A stretch of 64,000 nt of DNA from an uncultured virus (IMG/VR IMGVR_UViG_3300042890_004141). Its lineage: Duplodnaviria; Heunggongvirae; Uroviricota; Caudoviricetes. The position numbers and the translations under genes are program-made. Below the pieces are notes generated by a model. That model saw only the letters and a program-made list of their open reading frames with translations. It had not been told where the DNA came from and did no database searches. Numbering within the stretch: position 1 is the first letter of the stretch; each line of letters begins with the position of its first letter. Location: IMG/VR virus record IMGVR_UViG_3300042890_004141, positions 1 through 64,000 of that record, one strand, 5' to 3'. Below, one piece after another: positions 45,472-54,582 of the stretch.

Positions 45472-46509
45472 TTATTTTTTAAAACTGTTTATTACTTTAA
45501 ATGTATTGGTAATTGTTAATTCAGGATCTTTCATTAGTTTATTTAATCCATCTTCATTATAAAGTAACATAAATGCTTTGGTATTCAAAGCTGGAGGTAA
45601 TTCTTCTGAGAATTCTTCTAGGTATTGTTTTTCTACTTCATCAACTAGTGGTTTTCCTAAATCCATAATTTTATAATTATTTCTTAATCGATCCTCATCT
45701 TGAAGTACTCGAGCGTAAATAACATGCTCTTTTAATTTTGATTCGGCAATGCCCATTAAGTCATCAAAAGACAGAGGGCGTTCAAGTAATTCAGGAAACT
45801 TTTTAGTAACACCTTTTTTACCTAAACCTTTAATACCCTCTACTTTATCTGAATTATCACCTAACAGTGTTTTGTATAAAATAAAATTTTCAGCTAATAC
45901 ACCATAATTGCTCTTAATCATTTCTTTGGTATAAAATTCTTTTTCAGCTGGTCTATATACTGTTATTTTATTGTTTACTAATTGAATAAAATCTTGGTCA
46001 TTAGATACAATGAATACCTTAGAACCATGTTTAGTAGACAATATATCACTTAAATAGGCGATAATATCATCAGCTTCTACCTTATTCATACTAACTGTTT
46101 TAACAGGTAAGCATTTTAAATAATGAATTAACCTAACAGTTTGGTTAACCTTAGAATCATGTTCCTCTTCTAGTGAATCAAAAACGTCCCAGTTAGTGAT
46201 TCGAACTAAGTTCCTACCTGATTTGTACTCAGGTAATAGATTCTTTCTGTTTATAGAAGAACCAGCTCCATCAAATACAACATATACAGAAGTTGGTTGT
46301 AATTGATTTACTAAGTAATTTAATGAGCGTAAAAAACCTCCTAGGCCACCAACATGCGCTCCATCTTGGTTAACCATCTTCATCATAGCAAAATTTCTAA
46401 AAAACAAATTCAACCCATCAATAAGCAATACTCGCTCATGAGGGTTTGTTAGTACTTCATCTTCTTTGGTTACTTTGCCTAGAAGGTTTATCAAGTCGCT
46501 CTTTTTCAT
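45472..46509 (-). CDS. 5'-3' exonuclease / RNase H (T4 rnh, FEN-like)
   Basis: LIDG.N, VVFDG, YKSGR, EADD, SNDQDF, GDNSD..GIKGLG. Confidence 0.92.
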   Translation of the reverse strand: MKKSDLINLLGKVTKEDEVLTNPHERVLLIDGLNLFFRNFAMMKMVNQDGAHVGGLGGFLRSLNYLVNQLQPTSVYVVFDGAGSSINRKNLLPEYKSGRNLVRITNWDVFDSLEEEHDSKVNQTVRLIHYLKCLPVKTVSMNKVEADDIIAYLSDILSTKHGSKVFIVSNDQDFIQLVNNKITVYRPAEKEFYTKEMIKSNYGVLAENFILYKTLLGDNSDKVEGIKGLGKKGVTKKFPELLERPLSFDDLMGIAESKLKEHVIYARVLQDEDRLRNNYKIMDLGKPLVDEVEKQYLEEFSEELPPALNTKAFMLLYNEDGLNKLMKDPELTITNTFKVINSFKK

Positions 46510-46515
46510 GTTATT

Positions 46516-46547
46516 TAAATATAACAAATTTTCTTAAATAGGCCAAA
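46516..46547 (-). promoter_or_regulatory. early/middle promoter
   Basis: TTTGG-N19-TATATTTA. Confidence 0.75.
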
Positions 46548-46548
46548 C

Positions 46549-47643
46549 TTATTCCCCATCCATTAAGTCTAGAGGAATATCTCTGGTTGATTCATTCCAA
46601 TCTGATGAATCTTCGATTACTTCAAACTTTCCATCTCCTAGAATGTCTTTCCATTCCATAGAATGTGCTTTCTTGTAAGTATCAATTTCTTTTTTATCGT
46701 CCTGAATAAAACCATGAATAGTAGCGATTACAACACTTTTTGTTTGTAATCCTGTAACGTGGTTCTTATCACATGACACTTTAGTTCTTACAGCAAATTC
46801 TACTTCTTTACCGTCTTTAGTTGCTTTAATTTTACTTGTACCACTATTAGTAATGTTACCAAAAGTTAATACAATAGAAGCATCCAAAAACATAGTCTCA
46901 CCATTTTTCATCTTCATTTTAGGTTGTGCCATAATATTTTCAGCTGGTGCAACCCAGATCTTATTAATAGCTACCATTGAATTAGTGAATGGTGCGTTTT
47001 CTTTTCTAGATAAAGGGAAACGTTGATTAATAAAGTTACCAAATTGTTGAGACATAGCTCCTGCGTTCCACATAGGATTGTTTTTATTTGCTTCAACACT
47101 CATTTTACAAGGTATTGAACCAATTGAATCCCAGAAGAAACACAAGTCATAAGGCAAATTACCTTTTTTCTGTTCATCCAACAAATCAGCAATAAATTCA
47201 GCTACGTCTTCAATAGTACCTAACGATGATCTATCTTTATAAATAAAGAATCCATCATGGTCAACTACTTCTCCTGTAGTTTCATCAACTACATCATTAA
47301 GTTGGAAACCCATTGTACGAGCGTGTTCCCAGGACCATTTCATTTCAGTAATAATAAAAACAGGTAAGATACCCATTTTTTGAGCGCTAATTGCTAACTC
47401 AAGTAATGCTGTAGTCTTACCTGTATTACTGTGTCCTCTTAATAATGTGATGTGACCTACTGGAGCACCAGCTACAGAAATTGAATCTTGTAGTGCTTTT
47501 GAGAATGGGATCCATTTTTGTTCTTTAAACTTAACAGTTCCATTCAATAATTTCTTCTCCTTGAATTTCTCAAGGTTGAAGTTTGATTTAATCTCTGTAG
47601 AGATTGCTTCCGTTAGCGATTCGCTTTTTTTAGGTCTTGGCAT
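46549..47643 (-). CDS. RecA/UvsX-like recombinase
   Basis: GHSNTGKT Walker A, ITE, WDSIG; adjacent to SSB. Confidence 0.85.
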   Translation of the reverse strand: MPRPKKSESLTEAISTEIKSNFNLEKFKEKKLLNGTVKFKEQKWIPFSKALQDSISVAGAPVGHITLLRGHSNTGKTTALLELAISAQKMGILPVFIITEMKWSWEHARTMGFQLNDVVDETTGEVVDHDGFFIYKDRSSLGTIEDVAEFIADLLDEQKKGNLPYDLCFFWDSIGSIPCKMSVEANKNNPMWNAGAMSQQFGNFINQRFPLSRKENAPFTNSMVAINKIWVAPAENIMAQPKMKMKNGETMFLDASIVLTFGNITNSGTSKIKATKDGKEVEFAVRTKVSCDKNHVTGLQTKSVVIATIHGFIQDDKKEIDTYKKAHSMEWKDILGDGKFEVIEDSSDWNESTRDIPLDLMDGE

Positions 47644-47661
47644 AAAATAACTTTAATTTAA

Positions 47662-48501
47662 TTAGAACGGCAAATCATTACTTTCATCTTCGTCTTCAAA
47701 CAAAGAATCAAATTGATCAGCTTTGTTGGCTTTAGGAGCCATAGGTGTTTTTAAAGCATAAGCTTTAACTGGAGCTACTTCTACTACTGCTTCTTCTTCA
47801 TCCTCATCTACATCTCCAGAAGCATCTTCAGGTGACAACCAATTTTGCAATACTTCTTTTAAAGCATCAAATTCCATTTTTCTTTGAATTTCTAACAATA
47901 CGGGTTGTTCTTTAAGGAATGTCTGGATTAATGAAGCATCAGAACTTAATGCAGTTGTTTTAGGTTTAATACGAATTGATGATTTAAGACCTTGACGACC
48001 ACCAATGTCACCTTTAACTACATCAACGGTAAAGTCTCTACCATCATTGATGTCTGTGTAGTCTCCATAATCTTCATCTTCAGCAATACCTAAAAGTTGC
48101 ATGTAAATTTCTTTACCAAATTCCCAAAGGCGTACTCCTTTTTCTTCCTCACCACGTACAATTACAGGAGCAAAAACTCTCATTTTTGGGTCTAATTTCT
48201 TAGCCAATACCCAGTTTTCACGATCATTGGTTTTACGAAGTTGAGCAGCAAATTCTACAATCGGGTCTTTTTCATCCCAGTTAGTTAAGGCGTAGATAGG
48301 AAATTTTGAAAATCCATAGTGAACAAAAACCTCTTGAAATGGGTTTTTAGGATTCAATTTAGAAGGAACAATACGAATTTGGTACTTTCCTTCTTCTTTT
48401 GGTTTCCAGTAAACTTTTGAGTAATCAATTTTTTCTTTCTTGCCTGTGTTGTTCGTCGACTGTAATGAATTTAGTCGTTGTTTGATTGATGCAATATCCA
48501 T
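47662..48501 (-). CDS. single-stranded DNA-binding protein (gp32-like)
   Basis: YWKP...IRIVP, LWEFGK, GRD, acidic tail ending DLPF. Confidence 0.82.
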   Translation of the reverse strand: MDIASIKQRLNSLQSTNNTGKKEKIDYSKVYWKPKEEGKYQIRIVPSKLNPKNPFQEVFVHYGFSKFPIYALTNWDEKDPIVEFAAQLRKTNDRENWVLAKKLDPKMRVFAPVIVRGEEEKGVRLWEFGKEIYMQLLGIAEDEDYGDYTDINDGRDFTVDVVKGDIGGRQGLKSSIRIKPKTTALSSDASLIQTFLKEQPVLLEIQRKMEFDALKEVLQNWLSPEDASGDVDEDEEEAVVEVAPVKAYALKTPMAPKANKADQFDSLFEDEDESNDLPF

Positions 48502-48527
48502 GATTTTTATTTATTAGTTTAATATCG

Positions 48528-48559
48528 GAAATATATGAACGAGGTATTGTATAACCAAG
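48528..48559 (-). promoter_or_regulatory. early/middle promoter variant
   Basis: CTTGG-N19-TATATTTC. Confidence 0.55.
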
Positions 48560-48565
48560 TTAAGG

Positions 48566-48587
48566 TGGGCCCTCTTTTGAAGGGCCC
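48566..48587. terminator. GC stem-loop
   Basis: GGGCCCT / AGGGCCC inverted repeat between genes. Confidence 0.55.
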
Positions 48588-48605
48588 GTATTTTATTTTT
48601 ATTTA

Positions 48606-48884
48606 TTAATCTTCATCCTCTTCATCATTGTGTAGGAATGCTTCAATAGCATCTCCTAATAATCCACCTTCTGTACCTAAATAATCGTCTATAATATCAT
48701 CATCCGTAATATTTGCTTGATATAAATCTTTCATTACTTTAGCTACAGCATCATAAAACATGTCTCTAGCTTCCTGAGATACAGCACTATCCGGATCTTT
48801 AGCTTCTTTAGTTAAGCGAGATTGAGTGGTAATTTTATTTTCTACTAACCACTGTTTAGCGTTAAAATTGTCTGCTTTTTTCAT
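48606..48884 (-). CDS. acidic hypothetical protein, possibly head-internal
   Basis: MKKADNFNAKQWLVENK leader; ATATTTATAA upstream. Confidence 0.65.
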   Translation of the reverse strand: MKKADNFNAKQWLVENKITTQSRLTKEAKDPDSAVSQEARDMFYDAVAKVMKDLYQANITDDDIIDDYLGTEGGLLGDAIEAFLHNDEEDED

Positions 48885-48897
48885 GTTTATCAATATG

Positions 48898-48932
48898 TTA
48901 TAAATATAACAAAGAAATCCTAAATTGCCAAA
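48898..48932 (-). promoter_or_regulatory. promoter (TTTGG-N19-TATATTTA merged with ATATTTATAA)
   Basis: Both motifs present. Confidence 0.7.
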
Positions 48933-48940
48933 CCGGTTTT

Positions 48941-49399
48941 TTACAATTCAACAATCTTATAAACTTTTGTATTCAATTGTTTCAACTCATTATGGTTGGT
49001 TAACAAAATACAGTTTTTATAGTGCTGCCAGTTTACACGGTAAGATGGGTCAACCACTCCTCCGTTTAACTTTTTTATCAAATCATTCAACGCATTAATA
49101 GTATAAAGCGTATTGGTTTCTTTTTTTCTATGTACTAAAATAGTATTCAATGGAATACCTTCTACATTACCCTGCTCTACATTATAAGTAATAACATATT
49201 CATCTGTACTTTTAACATACAAAACAAACATCTTATTATACATAATAGAATAAGCTCTTGTCAGATCATTAATTAAATCATCTAAGCTTTCTAAAGTAGT
49301 AAATGTACAAAATAACTTATTATTCACGTCGCGTATGGTGGTTAAATCAAAATCGTATCCACTATACATATGTTTATCCTCTTGTAAAATCATAGTCAT
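48941..49399 (-). CDS. conserved-looking hypothetical protein
   Basis: KLFCTF, TILVHRKKETNTLYTINALN. Confidence 0.75.
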   Translation of the reverse strand: MTMILQEDKHMYSGYDFDLTTIRDVNNKLFCTFTTLESLDDLINDLTRAYSIMYNKMFVLYVKSTDEYVITYNVEQGNVEGIPLNTILVHRKKETNTLYTINALNDLIKKLNGGVVDPSYRVNWQHYKNCILLTNHNELKQLNTKVYKIVEL

Positions 49400-50663
49400 A
49401 ACCTTTTTTAGTTTTTGTAATTAATTTATATTTTTCAAATACTTTATTTATCTCAAGTTCAATACCTTCTTCCTTATCTCCTAGTTCAAACAAAAAACTA
49501 TCATAAGTATATAACACTATCTTAGTTTTCTTACCCCTTAATAACTTATGTATATCCATTAATATCCTAGTATTAATAGCTGTTTCTATGTTTTGCAACA
49601 TATAGTTAAAAAGTTTTTGTGGATTCATATTTTCCAGCTTATCCTTTTCAAAGCAATAACCTGAAATTGGTACAGTAACTTGACCGGAGTTATTAAACGC
49701 CTCCCAATTTATTGCTACAAATTCTTTTACTTTCTTAAAAAATTCCAGATGCTCATACTCTTTAAATACACCACCATAGAGTTGTTTAAAAGTGATTTCT
49801 TTTGCTTCTTGATAACTGGTTTGGTAGAGGTCTGCAAACGCCTGGTGGACATCTGAAACGCCAAAATCATAGGTAAGTAAGCGACCGACAATAGTAGGAT
49901 GATATGCGCTAATATCGAACTCAACAAATCCATGACTCGATATGTAGCTTCTCCTTGAGCCATCTTCTTTATTTATTGCTGCGAAATTAACACCATTAAA
50001 AGAGTTACTTGGTCTACGGGTTGTTGTAGCCAAATTGTAACTTGTGTAGATCCTATCATCTTGGATAGAATAAAATTCTTGATTGAGTTCATAGTGTTTA
50101 TCAAATTCATATTTATCTATTTTTAATCCGTTTTTTTCAATACCAAAGAATGCTAATACTACCTTGCTGTTATAAAAATCAAACCAATCGGGTAGTTCCT
50201 TAGGTAAAACACTACGAACGTGACTATAAATATGTTCACACTTCTCATAGTGCTTAGTTACCGGTATTAGTTTATTGGTTTCTTTATATGTAGGATATTT
50301 GGAGTAAAAGTAATTATATACTTTAGGTGGATCTTGTATATACGGAGGAGTGAGTTGGGATAGGTCGCACAAGCATTTTAATGGAAAATAATATAATGCC
50401 TGTTTTTTATCTTGTACCCATACTCGTTCTATTTTTTGTAGTATAGCGTTTATTAACGTTTTATTAAGCGAGGCTGTTTCGCTATGCGAAACACATAACA
50501 TATAGCCTTTAGTGTCGTTAAACGGCCTAATATAAACTAATGATATATTATTTAAGGCAGGATGAACATTATCATGGTAAGGAATAATTTCAACAAAAGC
50601 TTCCTTAATTACTTTTTGTTGTAATACCTCTAAATCTTTATCTGTCTCAATTAGCCAAAACAT
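49374..50663 (-). CDS. short DNA polymerase family A-like protein
   Basis: TTTRRPS, motif A FDISAYHP, motif B AKEITFKQLYG, motif C YDS. Confidence 0.75.
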   Translation of the reverse strand: MFWLIETDKDLEVLQQKVIKEAFVEIIPYHDNVHPALNNISLVYIRPFNDTKGYMLCVSHSETASLNKTLINAILQKIERVWVQDKKQALYYFPLKCLCDLSQLTPPYIQDPPKVYNYFYSKYPTYKETNKLIPVTKHYEKCEHIYSHVRSVLPKELPDWFDFYNSKVVLAFFGIEKNGLKIDKYEFDKHYELNQEFYSIQDDRIYTSYNLATTTRRPSNSFNGVNFAAINKEDGSRRSYISSHGFVEFDISAYHPTIVGRLLTYDFGVSDVHQAFADLYQTSYQEAKEITFKQLYGGVFKEYEHLEFFKKVKEFVAINWEAFNNSGQVTVPISGYCFEKDKLENMNPQKLFNYMLQNIETAINTRILMDIHKLLRGKKTKIVLYTYDSFLFELGDKEEGIELEINKVFEKYKLITKTKKGYDYDFTRG

Positions 50664-50677
50664 AACCTTTATTGATA

Positions 50678-50709
50678 TTAATATAACATCAATATATTAT
50701 ACAACCAAA
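50678..50709 (-). promoter_or_regulatory. early/middle promoter at the structural/replication boundary
   Basis: TTTGG-N19-TATATTAA. Confidence 0.7.
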
Positions 50710-51342
50710 TTATTGGTAGTATTTTGTCCAATCAAATTTTAAGTATTGATCTAAGGCAGGTAATTTTAAAGTAGTGGAAGTTAATAAAGTATTATCTCTA
50801 TTTACTTTAGCTGCTTGTTCTTTAGTTCCTGTTAGTTGCCAATCTAAATAGAAAGGAATGTATAAAGTAAATTGTATTCTAGGATCTTTAGCTACTAATT
50901 GATCAAATATATTTTGATTTATTTCAATATATTTATTTTCATTTGTTTTTTTACAAAAATATCTTTTAAATTCTCCAATTTGATAATCTTGTTGAGATGG
51001 TAAAACAGGATTATAATAAGGTAAAATTCTATTTATAGGTAAATATTTAGGATAATCTCTATAATTAAAATCATTAGGGTATGGAAAGTTTAAAAACCCA
51101 CCATTAGTACTAATTGAATATTCTGGAGGAGAATTGAATGAATTAACAGAAGGATAAAGTGTTGGTGGATTTTCAATTAATTCAAAGCTAGGTAGATCTT
51201 GAGGTGTTTTGCCTGAAAAATATTTTCCGCTAGATAGTTGATAGTAATATCCTATGTATGTCTCAAAAGTAGTAGCATTATACAACTCATTACCATTAGT
51301 ATATAAGTTAAGAGTTATTTGGGACAGAGGATAATAAGACAT
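50710..51342 (-). CDS. hypothetical protein (tail/baseplate region)
   Basis: LYTNGNE, DYQIGEFKRYF. Confidence 0.7.
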   Translation of the reverse strand: MSYYPLSQITLNLYTNGNELYNATTFETYIGYYYQLSSGKYFSGKTPQDLPSFELIENPPTLYPSVNSFNSPPEYSISTNGGFLNFPYPNDFNYRDYPKYLPINRILPYYNPVLPSQQDYQIGEFKRYFCKKTNENKYIEINQNIFDQLVAKDPRIQFTLYIPFYLDWQLTGTKEQAAKVNRDNTLLTSTTLKLPALDQYLKFDWTKYYQ

Positions 51343-51354
51343 ATTTGTTTATAA

Positions 51355-54276
51355 TTATTCAGGTACTCTAATTATTCCTCTAATACCACCATGATATTTT
51401 TCAATATATTTATTTGTTCTTAATGCTTGGTAATTAACTTTACCATTTCCTTCATTTCCATAGTTACCATCAATAGATTCAAATCCATTTTTAGAAACAG
51501 CGCCTGCTATAGAAATATGACTTTGCTTATAAAAAATCATATCCCCTGGTTTAATTACTGTTCTTCCTGGGATGTATTCTTCAGCGTATCCTTTTGCTTT
51601 CATATTTTGAAAAGTGGTCTCACATGATCCTGCTAATGGCATTCTTCCAGGAGTAAAACTATTAAACAAACCTAAATAAAATTCTTTAATTTTAGCATCT
51701 TTACTTCCTACTTCTTGATAAGCTTCTTTCCAAACTAAATCAGCAAAGAAGTTACACCAAGCGTTTCCTCTACTCCAACCAACAGATTTCATTTTATTTT
51801 CAAAATCAGTACTTACAAATTTTTCATTAGTACCTATTTCTCTTTGTCCTATATATCCTCTGGCTATTCGTACTATAGTATTCCTAATATCAGATAATTT
51901 AGGATCATTAGTATAAGGTAAAGGAGATTGATTTGGACTTGACCGTTGAGTTTTAATAGGAGATGTTTGTTTTCCAGGTTTAGTCCCTACAGGGTCTAAA
52001 GGTATAGCAGCTGAGGTTATATTAGTGGTCCAAGCATTATTTTGAATAGTATGTGATATATTCATAATAACAAACTCCATGGCTTCAGGATAATTTTTAG
52101 GTAAAAATCTAGAATCAATATTAAATTTATTAAATATTTTCATACCAGATAATCCATCCATAGTTAAAGTTAAATTAAAAGGTAAAAATCCACTGTTTGG
52201 TGATGATGAATATGGGTTAGTAGTTTTAACTGCTAGTGTTGATTGTTTTTGATCATACTCTAAAAGTTGTTTTTGAGTATTTGTAAAGTTAGCAAATGAA
52301 TCTTCATTCCATTGATGTACAATTAATGATGATATAAATGAATCAAAAATACGAAGTGTTTCTTGATAAGTATCATTTGTATCTTTATTATCATTTTCAC
52401 TTTGTATTTTAGTATTTGATGGACTAAATATTTCTTTTTTAATTCTGTCTTCTGTTCCTTTATTTAAATTAGATATAGCAATAGCATCTTGTCCAGTCAC
52501 ATAACCCCTTGCTGTAGCACCAATAGTAATCATAGTAGCTAAATCAGGTGTAATTTCTGTTTTAAGTTGTAAGTCTCTAACAAAACTACCACCTACAATA
52601 GACCCAGATTCATTAGTTTCTAATCCATATACATTAAACTGTGTTGTTTTTTTATTTGTTATAATAGTACTTCTATCAGGCAATGATGTTTTATCTATAA
52701 AAATAATAGTGTTAGTATCATAATCTATTTTAGGAGTTATACTATTAAAATTACCTGTTGCCTTACAAAACCCAGACATTATACTATTTAATAAAGAAAC
52801 AAGAGATATATTCCCATCTGTATCTTTTGAATCTTCTAATAGTTTTAAAATAAAAACCATATTAAAATAACAAAACATTAGTTTACCATAGGAGTTATTA
52901 CCTTTACTAATTACAAAATCGTCAATATCAGGATATAAAGTTTGTTCAGGTGTTGTAGAAGTAAAACCAGTAGCTCCAGGTATATTATACTCTACTTCAA
53001 TAGCAGGTAATGTTTTTTTAAAAGCACATATCCTAGGATCTGAAGGGATTTGTTTTGGAGGAGTGTATATTAATATTTTATCACTATCAGTATCTCCAAC
53101 ATTTAAAATTTTCTCACTAGTATCATTTATTGTTGGGATGATACTATTTTTTATTAGTTGTAAAAAAGTACCAAATCGAACAAAGTATTGGGTTTGACCT
53201 GTTGTGTATGATTGAGAGAAATAATCAACAGATTTTGATCCATCAAGAGAATAAGTATTAGTCCCTATAGTATTTGTTTTTGGAATCAATTTTTGAATTT
53301 CAGCAAACACAGCTCCTATAGTACTGCTTTGAGCAAAAGATACTATTGTGTCTTCAGAAGTGTTAGGTAATCCTGCTGATAGGGCTTCACTTAGATTAAA
53401 AGTAGTAGGTCTAGTTGGTCCTTCTGTTTGGAGAAAAGTAGGTTTTCCAGGAAGTAAAAGGTTAGTTTTAAGTGCTTCTATAACATCACCTGCGCTTCTT
53501 AAAATAATAGTTATGTCATAAGAACCATCTCTATTAAATGTCCAACTATAATTTACTACTCTGCCTATTAAAGCATCATAGTTACCATCAGTATATTCTC
53601 GTTGGATTGCTACAGCTTTAAGTAAGTTATTATAAGTTACAACATCTGTACCTAGTTCATCCTTTATATAACCGAAATTATATTTTTTAATTAAAAATGA
53701 GTCAGCTAAACTAGTTATATTATCAGAAACATAGTTTCCTATATTATTAAAATAAGATGTATTACCCCATTCTAATAACATAGTATAACCTACTCTTAAA
53801 TATAATGTACTAATTATATCAAATTGAGTTTTATTGTTAGCTTTAATTTGAACTGTACCTGTTCTAAGAGAGCCCATAGTCTCACTTTTTATATTAGCAG
53901 ATACAATACCGGGCATAGGCTGAATTCCCCATTCTGTTCCTCCTAAACCATATGCTCCCATATTATCATAAACTCTACTTGAGTCAATTCCTGCTCTTTG
54001 AAAGTTTTCAATACCAGGATTAGTTCTAGGAATTTCATCAGTAACACCATTAAATAAAACATATTTAATAGCTAACTCATCAGATTTAGCAAATCCACCA
54101 CCTAACATATTTAAGTCAGTTATGTTAGCTGATGATACTAATTTAACAAAACTAGTTTTACTATTAGCCCAAAGGATTTGTTCTGTTGTTCTATTAATTG
54201 ATCCTAAGATTTCTTGTCTTTTATTAACTTGTTCATCAACAAATGATTCAAAACCTTCCCCTATTATATTTGACAT
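51355..54276 (-). CDS. baseplate hub-like protein with C-terminal CHAP peptidoglycan hydrolase
   Basis: PMPGI, LEWG, LTMDGLSG hub motifs; C-terminal AWCNFF...PGD...SHI...IDGN. Confidence 0.75.
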   Translation of the reverse strand: MSNIIGEGFESFVDEQVNKRQEILGSINRTTEQILWANSKTSFVKLVSSANITDLNMLGGGFAKSDELAIKYVLFNGVTDEIPRTNPGIENFQRAGIDSSRVYDNMGAYGLGGTEWGIQPMPGIVSANIKSETMGSLRTGTVQIKANNKTQFDIISTLYLRVGYTMLLEWGNTSYFNNIGNYVSDNITSLADSFLIKKYNFGYIKDELGTDVVTYNNLLKAVAIQREYTDGNYDALIGRVVNYSWTFNRDGSYDITIILRSAGDVIEALKTNLLLPGKPTFLQTEGPTRPTTFNLSEALSAGLPNTSEDTIVSFAQSSTIGAVFAEIQKLIPKTNTIGTNTYSLDGSKSVDYFSQSYTTGQTQYFVRFGTFLQLIKNSIIPTINDTSEKILNVGDTDSDKILIYTPPKQIPSDPRICAFKKTLPAIEVEYNIPGATGFTSTTPEQTLYPDIDDFVISKGNNSYGKLMFCYFNMVFILKLLEDSKDTDGNISLVSLLNSIMSGFCKATGNFNSITPKIDYDTNTIIFIDKTSLPDRSTIITNKKTTQFNVYGLETNESGSIVGGSFVRDLQLKTEITPDLATMITIGATARGYVTGQDAIAISNLNKGTEDRIKKEIFSPSNTKIQSENDNKDTNDTYQETLRIFDSFISSLIVHQWNEDSFANFTNTQKQLLEYDQKQSTLAVKTTNPYSSSPNSGFLPFNLTLTMDGLSGMKIFNKFNIDSRFLPKNYPEAMEFVIMNISHTIQNNAWTTNITSAAIPLDPVGTKPGKQTSPIKTQRSSPNQSPLPYTNDPKLSDIRNTIVRIARGYIGQREIGTNEKFVSTDFENKMKSVGWSRGNAWCNFFADLVWKEAYQEVGSKDAKIKEFYLGLFNSFTPGRMPLAGSCETTFQNMKAKGYAEEYIPGRTVIKPGDMIFYKQSHISIAGAVSKNGFESIDGNYGNEGNGKVNYQALRTNKYIEKYHGGIRGIIRVPE

Positions 54277-54278
54277 AA

Positions 54279-54578
54279 TTAAGAATTTATTGTATTAAAA
54301 GCACTTACTACTCCAGCATAAAAAGCAGGTATTCTAATTTGCAATCCTTCAGGAATAACTAATGAATTTTGAGGTAATTTATCTGTATTAGCTATGGATA
54401 TAACCCACCATAAAGAACTATTTTTATAATATTGTAATGCTAAAACATCAAACCTGTCACCTTGAACAGTATAAACATAGATATCATCAGAAGTAACTGG
54501 TACTTCTGGATAGCGAGAAGTGACATATACTAATTTTTTATCTATTTTAGTTTTTGGTATGTTTTGATATCTATTCAT
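54279..54578 (-). CDS. LysM-like baseplate/tail protein
   Basis: GDRFDVLALQYY...LWWVISIAN...G.QIRIP. Confidence 0.8.
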   Translation of the reverse strand: MNRYQNIPKTKIDKKLVYVTSRYPEVPVTSDDIYVYTVQGDRFDVLALQYYKNSSLWWVISIANTDKLPQNSLVIPEGLQIRIPAFYAGVVSAFNTINS

Positions 54579-54582
54579 ATTA

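Noticed and set aside
28067..47643. Inteins or introns in PolB, RNR, helicase or RecA
   Set aside because: Lengths are normal, motifs are contiguous, and no C...HN-C/S/T splice signatures were seen.
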